Source: Patescibacteria group bacterium
GTDB lineage: Bacteria > Patescibacteriota > Patescibacteriia > Patescibacteriales > BM507
Reading direction: 5' to 3'
Length of the DNA stretch: 64,000 nt
NCBI GenBank assembly: GCA_027858235.1
Contig: JAQIDC010000028.1
Location: 11,184 to 75,183 of the forward strand
The notes beneath the pieces were generated by a model, which had not been told where the DNA came from, did not search any database, and saw only the letters and a list, made by a program, of their open reading frames with translations. Shown piece after piece: positions 1 to 9,464 of this stretch. A program made the translations under genes and the position numbers. How positions within the stretch are numbered: position 1 is the stretch's first letter; every line of letters starts with the position of its first letter.

Positions 1-661
1 CCACCTTCTTAGCAACTGGCTTCTTCTTAACTGAAGTCTTTTTGACAGCTTTTTTAGCAACTGGCTTCTTCTTCGCTACTGGTTTTTTCTTTAAGACGGA
101 TTTTTTCACAACTTTTTTGGGACTCACCTTTTTTTTCTTAATAACAGGCTTCTGAACTTTTATTTTCTTTTTCACTCCGAAAGAACCTAAAATAGCTTCT
201 TCTGATTTTATAAAATCTTTTGTGGCTACTTCTATTGAATGATTGTATGAGCCAGAAGAGAATACAGCCTTTTTAACCTTAGCCAAACTCTCATCAACTA
301 TCACTGGTAGCTTATAGATATTTCCAAAAGCACTCATTGTCCCTGCTTTTATTTTAAAAACTGCTTGCATTATTTTCTCTCCAGGGATTTTCACTGATTT
401 TACTTCTTTGCCTGTTTCCTTTTTAATAATTTTAGCAACCTTATCTAGATTTAAATTATTATCCGCTGGCAGGACAACAACATAATAATCTTTATCAGCT
501 TTTACTAGTAATGACTTGGCAATCTCATTTATTTTCTTTTTCATTGTGGATGCTGCATCAAAAGCAGTATAGACAGTTTTGTGCTCTAATATTTCATGAT
601 TTATACCAGCCTTATCGAGATAAGTGAGTAGTTTTGCTGGAATTTTTGTTTTTTTAGCCAT
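1..661 (-). CDS. YbaK/EbsC-family aminoacyl-tRNA deacylase-like protein with Lys/Ala-rich C-terminal tail (runs off window start)
   Basis: Manual translation from ATG at 661: MAKKTKIPAKLLTYLDKAGINHEILEHKTVYTAFDAA...IAKSLLVKADKDYYVVVLPAD...GTMSAFG...KKKPVAKKKPVAKKAVKK. Not in the ORF track because it has no stop in the window. Confidence 0.8.
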   Translation of the reverse strand, partial: MAKKTKIPAKLLTYLDKAGINHEILEHKTVYTAFDAASTMKKKINEIAKSLLVKADKDYYVVVLPADNNLNLDKVAKIIKKETGKEVKSVKIPGEKIMQAVFKIKAGTMSAFGNIYKLPVIVDESLAKVKKAVFSSGSYNHSIEVATKDFIKSEEAILGSFGVKKKIKVQKPVIKKKKVSPKKVVKKSVLKKKPVAKKKPVAKKAVKKTSVKKKPVAKKV

Positions 662-754
662 ATTTTTAGTATTATTTAATATATCAATTATATCTTAATT
701 TAGCTTTATTGGCAAAAAATATTAAAACATAAAATATATAAATAATCAAATATA

Positions 755-800
755 AAACCTGTGGGTTTTTGTATGCTTGGGAATTCATGTTCCTCAAGCG
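755..800. repeat. REP-like hairpin family B, copy 1
   Basis: AAACCTGTGGGTTTTTGTATGCTTGGGAATTCATGTTCCTCAAGCG; related copies at 30020-30065 (inverted) and 35387-35431. Confidence 0.75.
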
Positions 801-801
801 C

Positions 802-827
802 AAAAAAAGACCGCTCTTTTGGCGGCC
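802..827 (-). terminator. Rho-independent terminator
   Basis: GGCCGC-CAAAAGA-GCGGTC followed by a T-run on the minus strand, downstream of the 843-989 ORF. Confidence 0.65.
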
Positions 828-842
828 GAATTTTTTATTTTA

Positions 843-989
843 CTATATTACATTGAAGGGGCAACCAGGACACATTTTATTTTCTTGCTTCATGTCTCTT
901 TCGTCTCGTTGTCTGCCAAAACATTCTGGCGAAAAACCAATTAAATTACATTCTTTTGGCTTTCCTTCTGGGATTTTAAGTTTTCCCAT
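843..989 (-). CDS. Small 48-aa Cys-rich (possibly metal-binding) protein
   Basis: MGKLKIPEGKPKECNLIGFSPECFGRQRDERDMKQENKMCPGCPFNVI; SD-like AGGA upstream and terminator downstream. Confidence 0.55.
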   Translation of the reverse strand: MGKLKIPEGKPKECNLIGFSPECFGRQRDERDMKQENKMCPGCPFNVI

Positions 990-1081
990 CTTGATATTCC
1001 TTTCTGAAAGAACTAAAAAAACAGTCTAACAATTTTGGCTATTTTTTTATTATACTATAAATTGATAAACTCATCAATCTT

Positions 1082-2032
1082 TTATTGGATAATCTCTTTC
1101 GGTGATACTCCTTCCAAGTTTAATCTTTTAAGATTCTCAACATTCTTTGTAAAACAGTATTCTCCCAATGGATGAGGCCATCTCTCATTTAGGTATGCAT
1201 AGGAATAATCAGAATCAGACCCTTCATTTGAGAGAGAAAAGTTTGCACAAATTTTGTATTCCCTGTCTTCTATGACCTCATATTGAAAAACTTCATTTTT
1301 TCTAGGATCTTTTATTTTATCAGATTTGATAAAAGAAGATTCTTGGAGCATTTCATCTAAGGTTTCTGGTAAACCACTATTTTCTAAATAATATTGCTCA
1401 AGACCCATATTTATATTGTCGAGTCTTGATAGTATTTCATTATCGATTCTTCTTTCTCTAGCTTCTGTAGGAGATTCAACGAAAATAAAAGCCGAGATAA
1501 GTGCAACAACAACAATTAGGAGTGTGCTATAAAAATATGAAAGGACCACTTTGTCTTTTTTCTCTTCAATATCGTGTCTCCTAATATCATAAAAATAATA
1601 AGAAAAAATTGCGGCTGCAATGCCGATTGCCGTTAAAGCTTTTAATCCAAATTTCAAACTTAGTTCACCACCAAGAAAATTAAAAACAACACCAATAAAC
1701 CATCCAGATAAAACCATGAAAGAAGCAAACATTATCAAATAAGTTAACCATCTCCTTATTTCTGAATCTTCTTTTAATTCCCCTTTTTTTAAACTTTTAT
1801 TAATGGTAATTGTTGAAAGATAGTAGATAGGGGCTGACACTAAAATAGAGGCAATAGCAAAACGCAAGGTTGAGGAAGAGTATGAGGAACTAAACTCATT
1901 TAAAATATCAACAATATTTTTATTTATAATTTGAAAAATAATATTACCAACGGCTAGCGCCATTGAAATAAGAGAGGCCAGAGACAATAAATAAAAAAAT
2001 GCGAATTTTGCTGAGATAGATTTCTTTTCCAT
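1082..2032 (-). CDS. DUF5671-like CPR membrane protein
   Basis: Several TM helices, IRRWLTYL motif, C-terminal SPTEARERRID...LPETL...DP...Y.ICA.F domain. Confidence 0.7.
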   Translation of the reverse strand: MEKKSISAKFAFFYLLSLASLISMALAVGNIIFQIINKNIVDILNEFSSSYSSSTLRFAIASILVSAPIYYLSTITINKSLKKGELKEDSEIRRWLTYLIMFASFMVLSGWFIGVVFNFLGGELSLKFGLKALTAIGIAAAIFSYYFYDIRRHDIEEKKDKVVLSYFYSTLLIVVVALISAFIFVESPTEARERRIDNEILSRLDNINMGLEQYYLENSGLPETLDEMLQESSFIKSDKIKDPRKNEVFQYEVIEDREYKICANFSLSNEGSDSDYSYAYLNERWPHPLGEYCFTKNVENLKRLNLEGVSPKEIIQ

Positions 2033-2123
2033 AAATTTATTATTAATTATTTATATATTATATTAAATACATTAAAAAAACGTTAACTTAATATAAGTAT
2101 GTCACATATTAAGGATTAAATCT

Positions 2124-3515
2124 TTAAAATTCGGCATTTTTTGGAGTTCTTGGGAATGCTATGACATCTCGGATATTTTGCATTCCAGTAAAATACATTA
2201 TTACTCTTTCAAATCCGAGACCAAAGCCGGCGTGTTTTGTGCCTCCGTATTTTCGTAAATCAAGATACCATTGATATTCACTTGGATTGAGACCGGCTTC
2301 TTTCATTCTCTCTGTTAACACTTCTAGGCGTTCCTCTCTCTGTGAGCCTCCGATAATTTCTCCAATTCCCGGAACGAGCAAGTCCATAGCGGCGACGGTT
2401 TTTTTGTCATCGTTTAATCGCATATAAAAAGCTTTTATTTCTTTTGGATAATCTGTCACAAAAACTGGTTTATCAAAAACTTCTTCACAAATATATCGCT
2501 CGTGTTCAGTTTGTAAATCAATCCCCCACTTCACTGGAAATTCAAATTTCTTGGTTGCTGCTTCAAGTATCTCAATAGCTTTTGTGTAGGTAATCCTTTC
2601 AAACTTTGAACTCCTAATTTTTTCTAATCTTTCCAGTAAGCCTTTGTCGATAAATTTATTAAAAAATTCCATCTCTTCTGGCAAATGATCAATCACGTGA
2701 TTTATCATGTGATTGATCAAATCTTCTGCTAAATCCATATTATCATTCAAGTCTGCAAAAGCGACCTCTGGCTCTAGCATCCAAAACTCAGCGGCATGCC
2801 TTGTGGTGTGGGAATTCTCCGCTCGAAAAGTTGGACCAAAAGTATAGACGTCCTTAAAGCCATGAGCTAGAGCCTCCGCGTTTAATTGTCCGGAAACTGT
2901 AAGTCCGGACAGCTTTCCAAAAAAATCTTCACTGTAGTCTATATTCCCTTTATCATCTTTTTTAGCACTTTTGTCATCAAGAGTTGTTACTCGGAACATT
3001 TCTCCTGCCCCCTCACAATCACTAGTTGTGATAATTGGGGTGTGGGAGTAAATATAGTTTCTTTCTTGAAAAAATTGATGAATAGCGAAACTCAAACTTG
3101 AACGCATCCTAAAAACTGCCGAAAAAGTATTTGAACGATGACGCAAATGAGCAATTGTTCTCAAATATTCAAAAGAATGTCTTTTCTTTTGCAATGGATA
3201 GTCATGCTCGGAATCACCTTCAATCAAAACTCCACTAGCTTTAACTTCAAAATCTTGTCCTCCACCTTCTGACTTAACTAAAATTCCTTTTACAGAAATT
3301 GCTGAACCGATGCCTACTTTTGAAATTTCTTCAAAATTATCTAAGTTATTTTCAAAAACAACCTGAATGCTTTTAAAAAAACTACCATCATTTAGCTCAA
3401 TAAACCCAAAAGCATTTGAAGAACGAATATTTCGAATCCAACCCTTTAGAGCAATATCCTCATTTAAATATTTTTTAGTTTCCTTATATAGTTGTTTGAT
3501 ATTTTGATTTGACAT
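2124..3515 (-). CDS. asnS: Asparagine--tRNA ligase
   Basis: [38 protein letters not shown] and GFGLGFER motifs. Confidence 0.97.
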   Translation of the reverse strand: MSNQNIKQLYKETKKYLNEDIALKGWIRNIRSSNAFGFIELNDGSFFKSIQVVFENNLDNFEEISKVGIGSAISVKGILVKSEGGGQDFEVKASGVLIEGDSEHDYPLQKKRHSFEYLRTIAHLRHRSNTFSAVFRMRSSLSFAIHQFFQERNYIYSHTPIITTSDCEGAGEMFRVTTLDDKSAKKDDKGNIDYSEDFFGKLSGLTVSGQLNAEALAHGFKDVYTFGPTFRAENSHTTRHAAEFWMLEPEVAFADLNDNMDLAEDLINHMINHVIDHLPEEMEFFNKFIDKGLLERLEKIRSSKFERITYTKAIEILEAATKKFEFPVKWGIDLQTEHERYICEEVFDKPVFVTDYPKEIKAFYMRLNDDKKTVAAMDLLVPGIGEIIGGSQREERLEVLTERMKEAGLNPSEYQWYLDLRKYGGTKHAGFGLGFERVIMYFTGMQNIRDVIAFPRTPKNAEF

Positions 3516-3577
3516 ATATATTTAATTTTGAATTTTGAATTACAAATTTCGAATCAATTTTTAATTACATAATTATT

Positions 3578-3696
3578 AATCCCCTCTTGAGAGGGGTAAA
3601 TTCGAACGACAGAGAGAAGACGGGGTGTGTTTCACGTTTTATCTCACCATTTTTTACACACCCCACCCTGGCGGGCACCCCTCTCAAGAGGGGATT
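3578..3696. repeat. REP/MITE-like element with terminal inverted palindromes
   Basis: AATCCCCTCTTGAGAGGGG...GGGGTGTGT...ACACACCCC...CCCCTCTCAAGAGGGGATT between aspS and asnS. Confidence 0.8.
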
Positions 3697-3737
3697 TTAA
3701 AATATTAAAGTATTCGAAATTCAATCAAAATTAGAAA

Positions 3738-5519
3738 TTAATCATTCTTACGAAGTCTGATGTGTACATCTTTTAATTGTTTTTCATCAACTACCGAAGG
3801 TGAATCCATCATGGCATCTCTTGCTTGCCCGTCTTTTGGAAAGGCATAAATATCTCTAATTGAATCACCATCAAGTAAAACCATTAAAAGTCTATCAAGT
3901 CCTGGAGCGATTCCTCCATGAGGTGGAGCACCGTATTGAAAGGCTTTAATCATTCCGCCAAATTTTGCATCAACATCTTCTTTTGTATAACCAGCTATTT
4001 CAAAAGCCTTGTACATTACTTCTGGTTTGTGATTTCTGATAGCTCCTGATGATATTTCAAATCCATTTACAACTAAGTCGTATTGGTATGCTTTGATGTC
4101 TAGTGGGTCCATGGTTTCAAGTGCCTCCATTCCACCTTGTGGCATAGAAAAAGGATTGTGTGAAAAATCAATTTTACCTTCTTCAAGTTCAGAATAATCA
4201 TACATTGGATAATCATAAATCCAAAGCCAAGCAGCTTTTTTAGGATCTTTCAGTCCAAGTCTTTCTCCACATTCACTTCTGACTGCTCCTAGTGACTCAC
4301 AAACTACTTTCCACTTGTCTGCTCCAAAGAATACAATATCACCTGCCTTTGCACCGAGATCTTCCATTAAACTTTTAGCTAAGTCTTCACCAAGAAATTT
4401 AATAATTGGAGAATTTAGACTTCCGTCTTCCTTAAATGTAATATAGGCAAGTCCCTTAGCGTCTTTTGATCTAGCCACTTCTGTTAGCTCATCAATTTCT
4501 CTTCTGCTAAATTTAGCTCCGCCATCTACTTTCAAAGCGTGGACCACTCCTCCATTAGCCACTGCTCCAGAGAAAACAGAAAAACCGCTGTCCTTAACTT
4601 TGTCAGTAACAACCTGAATCTGCATATCAAAACGAAGATCTGGTTTATCAGAGCCATATTTTTCTAGAACATCATGATAAGTAATCCTAGGGAAAGGTTC
4701 ATTTATTATTTTTTTATCTGAAAACTCGTTTGTTAATTCTATCATTAATTTTTCTACTACCGCCCAAACATCTTCTTGATTTGCATAACTCATTTCAAGA
4801 TCTACTTGGTAGAATTCTCCTGGATGTCTATCGGAACGAGGATCTTCATCACGAAAACATGGAGCAATTTGAAAATATTTATCGATACCACCAACCATCA
4901 AAAGTTGTTTAAATTGTTGAGGTGCTTGAGGGAGAGCGTAAAATGTTCCGGGATGTAATCTTGAAGGTACCAAAAAGTCACGAGCACCTTCAGGACTTGA
5001 ATTAGCTAGGATTGGAGTTTGAACTTCAAGAAATTTTTCTTTTTCAAAATAGTCTCTAATATAGCGAATAAAATTATGTCTGGTTTGCAACATTTTTTGA
5101 AGCTTCTCTCTTCTTAAATCGATAAACCTATATTTCAATCTTATAGCTTCATTGGCTTCTCCAGCCTTTTCTTCATCCAACTCAAAAGGAGGTGTTTTTG
5201 ATTCACTTAAAACTTCAGTTTCAATCACTTCAACTTCAATCTCACCTGTAGCCATCTTTTTGTTAATCATATCATCTGGGCGTGCTACTACTTTTCCAAC
5301 AACCTTAATAACCCATTCACTTCTAAATTTGTTAGCTATTTCAATGGCTGCTTTATCTATTTCTGGATCAAACTTCACTTGACTCAAACCATATTTATCC
5401 CTGAGATCAATAAAAATAATACCACCATGGTCACGTCTTCTGTGAACCCAGCCAGTTAATATTACTTCTTGACCTACTTCTTTTTTTGTTAACTCTCCGC
5501 AAGTATGTGTTCTAATCAT
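3738..5519 (-). CDS. aspS: Aspartate--tRNA ligase
   Basis: RTHTCGEL, RRRDHGG, PEGARDF, LPQAPQQFKQLLM, YGSDKPDLRF, GAPPHGG. Confidence 0.97.
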   Translation of the reverse strand: MIRTHTCGELTKKEVGQEVILTGWVHRRRDHGGIIFIDLRDKYGLSQVKFDPEIDKAAIEIANKFRSEWVIKVVGKVVARPDDMINKKMATGEIEVEVIETEVLSESKTPPFELDEEKAGEANEAIRLKYRFIDLRREKLQKMLQTRHNFIRYIRDYFEKEKFLEVQTPILANSSPEGARDFLVPSRLHPGTFYALPQAPQQFKQLLMVGGIDKYFQIAPCFRDEDPRSDRHPGEFYQVDLEMSYANQEDVWAVVEKLMIELTNEFSDKKIINEPFPRITYHDVLEKYGSDKPDLRFDMQIQVVTDKVKDSGFSVFSGAVANGGVVHALKVDGGAKFSRREIDELTEVARSKDAKGLAYITFKEDGSLNSPIIKFLGEDLAKSLMEDLGAKAGDIVFFGADKWKVVCESLGAVRSECGERLGLKDPKKAAWLWIYDYPMYDYSELEEGKIDFSHNPFSMPQGGMEALETMDPLDIKAYQYDLVVNGFEISSGAIRNHKPEVMYKAFEIAGYTKEDVDAKFGGMIKAFQYGAPPHGGIAPGLDRLLMVLLDGDSIRDIYAFPKDGQARDAMMDSPSVVDEKQLKDVHIRLRKND

Positions 5520-5627
5520 ATGTTTTTGAATAATGAATTATGAATCTTGAATAATAATTTGCAAAACTATTTTGTATTTGTTTAGAATTTAGTACTTAGA
5601 GCCTAGAATTTACTTGCCTGTATAAAC

Positions 5628-5981
5628 AAAAAAGTTCGTCTCCACATATCACTAAAATCGTAATATATAGGGACGAACCTTTTCTCGAGCAAGCCATGGA
5701 TATGTTTTGTAACGAAATTTGATAATTTTGAGATAAAATTGATTTAAATTTTTGAAGAGTATAAAAATACTTTGAGATAATTTAAAACGATTATAGCCAA
5801 AATTTTCAAATTGCAGTAGAAACGATATCTGTGGTTTTCGAGTAGATCCGTGGTACCACCCACATTTCCCGAAAACGGGACACTTATTTACAGCTATTAC
5901 GGGCTTACCCGTCAGGTTCTAATTTTCGCAATGCGAATTTCTTCCTGCGCCTCTCTTAGTGTCAGCTAAGATATATCGGCA
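5628..5981 (-). ncRNA. T-box riboswitch (Asp, specifier GAC) with transcription terminator
   Basis: T-box motif AAUGUGGGUGGUACCACGG (5848-5866); short stem I CUUAG-CUGACA-CUAAG with K-turn-like GA motifs; stems II, IIA/B and III; terminator GUUCGUCCC...GAGACGAAC-UUUUUU (5628-5678); upstream of aspS. Confidence 0.88.
5684..5842. repeat. ~160-nt imperfect hairpin inserted in the T-box antiterminator loop
   Basis: CTCGAG...CCATGGATAT...AAATTTGA...GAGTAT-AAAA-ATACTT...TCAAATT...ATATCTGTGG...TCGAG symmetric arms. Confidence 0.7.
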
Positions 5982-6010
5982 TGTTAATATTTTATTTTAC
6001 TAATTTATAT

Positions 6011-6037
6011 ATTATATAATTTAATGATTAATGTCAA
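6011..6037 (-). promoter_or_regulatory. sigma70-type promoter for the T-box/aspS-asnS
   Basis: TTGACA followed by TATAAT/TAATAT at 15/17 nt spacing. Confidence 0.55.
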
Positions 6038-6052
6038 GCACCTACTAATTTA

Positions 6053-6085
6053 AAAGCCGAGATTATAGTAATCTCGGCTCTTTTT
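6053..6085. terminator. Rho-independent terminator
   Basis: AAAAGCCGAGATTA-TAG-TAATCTCGGCTCTTTTT. Confidence 0.75.
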
Positions 6086-6343
6086 CTACAAATCAATTGT
6101 TACACCACCCCATTGGTTCGTTTTAATAACAAGGCGAACTTTTTTACCTAAAAGAGCAACATGCTGATTTGTCAAAAACTTGGCTTCTTCAATGGTTCTT
6201 TTAACAAGAGGCATGCTCAAACCCCTAGGCTCAGTAATATGGAAATCTGCTAGTTCATTGCCATTTTCAATTCTTTCCATATAACTATCAAAAGTCTCTT
6301 GAGGCAAATCCCTTCCTGCAACATTCTGAATATTTTTTTCCAT
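6086..6343 (-). CDS. Hypothetical protein
   Basis: 85-aa ORF with strong SD (AAGGAGG). Confidence 0.6.
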   Translation of the reverse strand: MEKNIQNVAGRDLPQETFDSYMERIENGNELADFHITEPRGLSMPLVKRTIEEAKFLTNQHVALLGKKVRLVIKTNQWGGVTIDL

Positions 6344-6373
6344 TAGATTCCTCCTTCATTAATGTAAAAGAAA

Positions 6374-6577
6374 TTAAAATAAGCTACTATCATGTTTTTT
6401 TCCACTTCTCGTAACTTTTTTTCTAGGTGGATTAACCTTGGGAACTTTTTCATCAATTCTTTTTTTCTGAGGGTCGGCCACACAAACTTTTTCATCAGTG
6501 GTTTTTTCTTGAGATGGGTTAATGTCCCTGGAAGCATCTGTTCCAAATAAAATCCTCTCAACATTCTCGAGTCGCAT
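6374..6577 (-). CDS. Hypothetical protein
   Basis: 67-aa ORF with GGAGG before ATG; preferred over the overlapping TTG ORF 6343-6588. Confidence 0.45.
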   Translation of the reverse strand: MRLENVERILFGTDASRDINPSQEKTTDEKVCVADPQKKRIDEKVPKVNPPRKKVTRSGKKHDSSLF

Positions 6578-6589
6578 GAAACCTCCAAT

Positions 6590-7300
6590 CTAGTATGAGT
6601 AATATTTTTCGAATGAACTAATAATAGATAAAAAATCTTTTTTATCTTTTTTGTTTATTTTAATTTTAATTATTTCGGTATCTTTTGTTTTTGTTGCTAA
6701 TTTTAGCATTTTAATACAGCTATTTGAAATTGTCAATATATTTTCTTTCTTACAACATTTGTCGCAAAGAAGGCCACCGCTTGGCACACTCATTTTATAT
6801 TCTTCTTCTAAAATGTCAGAAGAACAACGAGAGCAGTTTTTCAAATTCAGTGTATAGCCCAAAAGATAAAAAAACTTTATTTTAAATATTGCAAAATACA
6901 ATTCGTAATCACTAATTTCATTCTCCTCTAAAAAATAAAGAAAATCATAAAGAAGTTTGTAGGTCAAAGAATCTTCTTCTCCATCTTTTAAAAGTTTCTT
7001 ATATAAGTATAGAACACTTTGGGATAAAATTAATTTTTCATAATTATTTTTTATTTTTGGAAAGTTTTCAAAATTTTTAACTGAGCCTACATAGTCATAT
7101 TGTTTCCCCTTGATAATCATTATATCTACAATATTTAGAGGCTCAATATGCCCTGCTAATTTTGATGTTTTTTTCTTGGCTCCTCTGGCAATTAGATTCA
7201 TTCTACCTCTATCTGGGCTATAAAAAGAAACGAGCACATCATTTTCTCTGAAGTCTCGTCTTTCTAATACAATTGATTTTGTGTTTACTGTCTCTTCCAT
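6590..7300 (-). CDS. recO: DNA repair protein RecO
   Basis: IVL.RRDF.END, ARGAKK..SKLAGH, CSRC...CDKC zinc finger. Confidence 0.93.
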   Translation of the reverse strand: MEETVNTKSIVLERRDFRENDVLVSFYSPDRGRMNLIARGAKKKTSKLAGHIEPLNIVDIMIIKGKQYDYVGSVKNFENFPKIKNNYEKLILSQSVLYLYKKLLKDGEEDSLTYKLLYDFLYFLEENEISDYELYFAIFKIKFFYLLGYTLNLKNCSRCSSDILEEEYKMSVPSGGLLCDKCCKKENILTISNSCIKMLKLATKTKDTEIIKIKINKKDKKDFLSIISSFEKYYSY

Positions 7301-7686
7301 TAACTTATGCTATCTAGATATGACTGTAGTATTATCATCGCAGCCACAGCGTCTCTTGGGGCTTTTGTTTTTTTATTTCCAACAAGAGCATCAGCTGCCT
7401 TTGAGCTAAGTCTTTCATCAAAAGAATTTAATTTTATTTCTGTTGCTTCTTCCAATTGTTTTTTAAAAATCAGGTAACCCTGGTGAAGTCTCTCTTCACC
7501 CTCCCCCAATCTTCTTGGATAGCCTAAAACAATTTCATCAATATCTTCTTTTTCTATTTCTTCTAAAACTTCTTTTAAGTTTGCGACAACTACGTGGGGC
7601 GTGGCGATATACAAAACATTATCTCCAAGTGATAGTCCAATTCGAGCCTCTCCCCAGTCTATCCCTAAATATTTTCTTTCTTCCAT
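7300..7686 (-). CDS. ruvX: Holliday junction resolvase-like RuvX/YqgF
   Basis: LGIDWGEARIG, DERLSS, DAVAAMIILQSYL. Confidence 0.93.
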   Translation of the reverse strand: MEERKYLGIDWGEARIGLSLGDNVLYIATPHVVVANLKEVLEEIEKEDIDEIVLGYPRRLGEGEERLHQGYLIFKKQLEEATEIKLNSFDERLSSKAADALVGNKKTKAPRDAVAAMIILQSYLDSIS

Positions 7687-7687
7687 A

Positions 7688-8476
7688 CTATCTGGTTATA
7701 ATTTCAGCTCCTTTTTTTGTTATCAAAATAGTATCTTCAAAATGAGCACTAGTTGAGCCGTCACGACTAACAAAGGTAAATTCATCATCCAGAACATCTA
7801 TCTCCCAAGAACCCATATTAACCATCGGTTCAACTGCGATTGTCATGCCTTCTTTTAATTTTATATCATAATGTTTCCCGGCATAATAATGAGGAATCTG
7901 TGGTTCCTCATGCACTGCCCGTCCAACACCATGACCAACTAAATCACGGACGACTGAGAATCCTTTCGACTCAATGTAGTTTTCTATTGTGCTTCCTATG
8001 TCGTTTATAGTATTGCCTGGTTTAATTTGCTTTATTCCCAAGTCAAGACATTTTCTTGTAGCGTCTATTAAGTCTTCAATTTTTTTATCAATCTTCCCAA
8101 CGGGGAATGTTCGGGCCATGTCCGTATACATCCCTTGCCCGTTTTCTGAATATGGATATTCCATTCCGACATCAATAGATATAATATCTCCTTCACTAAC
8201 TACTCGAGAAGGATAGGCTGGTCCGTGAACAACTTCTTCGTTTATTGAAGTACAAAGTGCTGTTGGAAATGGAGCTGAATCTGGTGAAATTTTGTAATTT
8301 TTAAAAGAAGGTCTCCCTCCAGCTTTCTCAATTAGCTCGCAAGCTAAATCCTCTAATTCACCGGTACTTATTCCTGACTTAACTCTTGAACCAAGTGTCT
8401 TCATAACTGAAGAAAGAATTTTACCACCCTCTCTCATTATTTTAATTTCCTCCTCTGTTCTAATCCCGTAAATCAT
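7688..8476 (-). CDS. map: Type I methionine aminopeptidase
   Basis: CTSINEEVVHG, GHGVG..VHEEP, AVEPM, SAHFEDT. Confidence 0.96.
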   Translation of the reverse strand: MIYGIRTEEEIKIMREGGKILSSVMKTLGSRVKSGISTGELEDLACELIEKAGGRPSFKNYKISPDSAPFPTALCTSINEEVVHGPAYPSRVVSEGDIISIDVGMEYPYSENGQGMYTDMARTFPVGKIDKKIEDLIDATRKCLDLGIKQIKPGNTINDIGSTIENYIESKGFSVVRDLVGHGVGRAVHEEPQIPHYYAGKHYDIKLKEGMTIAVEPMVNMGSWEIDVLDDEFTFVSRDGSTSAHFEDTILITKKGAEIITR

Positions 8477-8480
8477 AATA

Positions 8481-9452
8481 TTAACCTCTAATTATTAAAA
8501 AAATCATGTAGGAAATATAAGCTCCTAACAAAGAAACTCCTTCCCATTTTCCTATTGTGCTCTTCTTACCAAAGAATACAGCGAATAAAACCAATATCGT
8601 TGCGAAGAAAAGTATTGCTATGTCGACATTAAGAATAGGATTATACACTATTGGATTTATCACTGAGCTCAAACCTAGAACCCAAAATAAATTAAAAATA
8701 TTTGACCCTATAACTGCTCCAACTGCAATGTCAGTATGCTTTTTGTACGCAGCCACCGCTGAAGCTGCTAATTCTGGCAATGATGTTCCTATGGCAACAA
8801 TAGTAAGACCAATCAGTTCTTCTGATAAACCAAAGCTACTTGCAAAAACGATTGCCCCCTCAACTATCCAGCGTCCTCCGAAGTAGAGACCAACAAGACC
8901 TCCTAAAATCATTAGAACAGATGATGAGTCACTACGTTTCTTTATTTTTTCTTCATGCAATTCTTCTATTATTGAACTGTTTATTTTACTAATTCCAAAA
9001 GTATAGTAGATAAAAATGGAAAAAAATAATATTAAAACTAAACCATCAATCCTTGTTAAAGAACTTATATCCACTCCATCAATAAGCGTATCATTCACCA
9101 AAAAAGCTACTGCTAGGATAGCTAGAAGTGACAGAGGAATTTCTTTTGATACGGTACTTTTTTTAACAGCCAGAGGAAAAATAATAGCAGAAACGCCTAG
9201 AATTAAAAGAGTATTAGAAATATTTGATCCTATTATATTGCCCAGGGCAATTCCAGTTGATTCATTCCAGGCAGCAATAGAGCTAACTATAAGCTCTGGA
9301 GCCGATGTCCCAAAAGCAACTATCGTTAAACCAATGACTAAGTTTGATAGACCAAATTTTTTAGCGATTGAAGACGATCCTTCAACTAAAATATCTGCTC
9401 CTTTAACCAAGAAGACAAACCCTAAAATGAATAATATTATTGTTATATACAT
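8481..9452 (-). CDS. Calcium/sodium antiporter (YrbG family)
   Basis: Duplicated GTS(A/L)PEL and GSNI.N alpha repeats. Confidence 0.93.
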   Translation of the reverse strand: MYITIILFILGFVFLVKGADILVEGSSSIAKKFGLSNLVIGLTIVAFGTSAPELIVSSIAAWNESTGIALGNIIGSNISNTLLILGVSAIIFPLAVKKSTVSKEIPLSLLAILAVAFLVNDTLIDGVDISSLTRIDGLVLILFFSIFIYYTFGISKINSSIIEELHEEKIKKRSDSSSVLMILGGLVGLYFGGRWIVEGAIVFASSFGLSEELIGLTIVAIGTSLPELAASAVAAYKKHTDIAVGAVIGSNIFNLFWVLGLSSVINPIVYNPILNVDIAILFFATILVLFAVFFGKKSTIGKWEGVSLLGAYISYMIFLIIRG

Positions 9453-9464
9453 AATTTAATTTAA

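Noticed and set aside
769-1029. 86-aa plus-strand ORF
   Set aside because: It overlaps a repeat, a terminator and a better-supported minus-strand ORF.
6343-6588. 81-aa TTG ORF
   Set aside because: The overlapping frame 6374-6577 has an ATG with a GGAGG SD.
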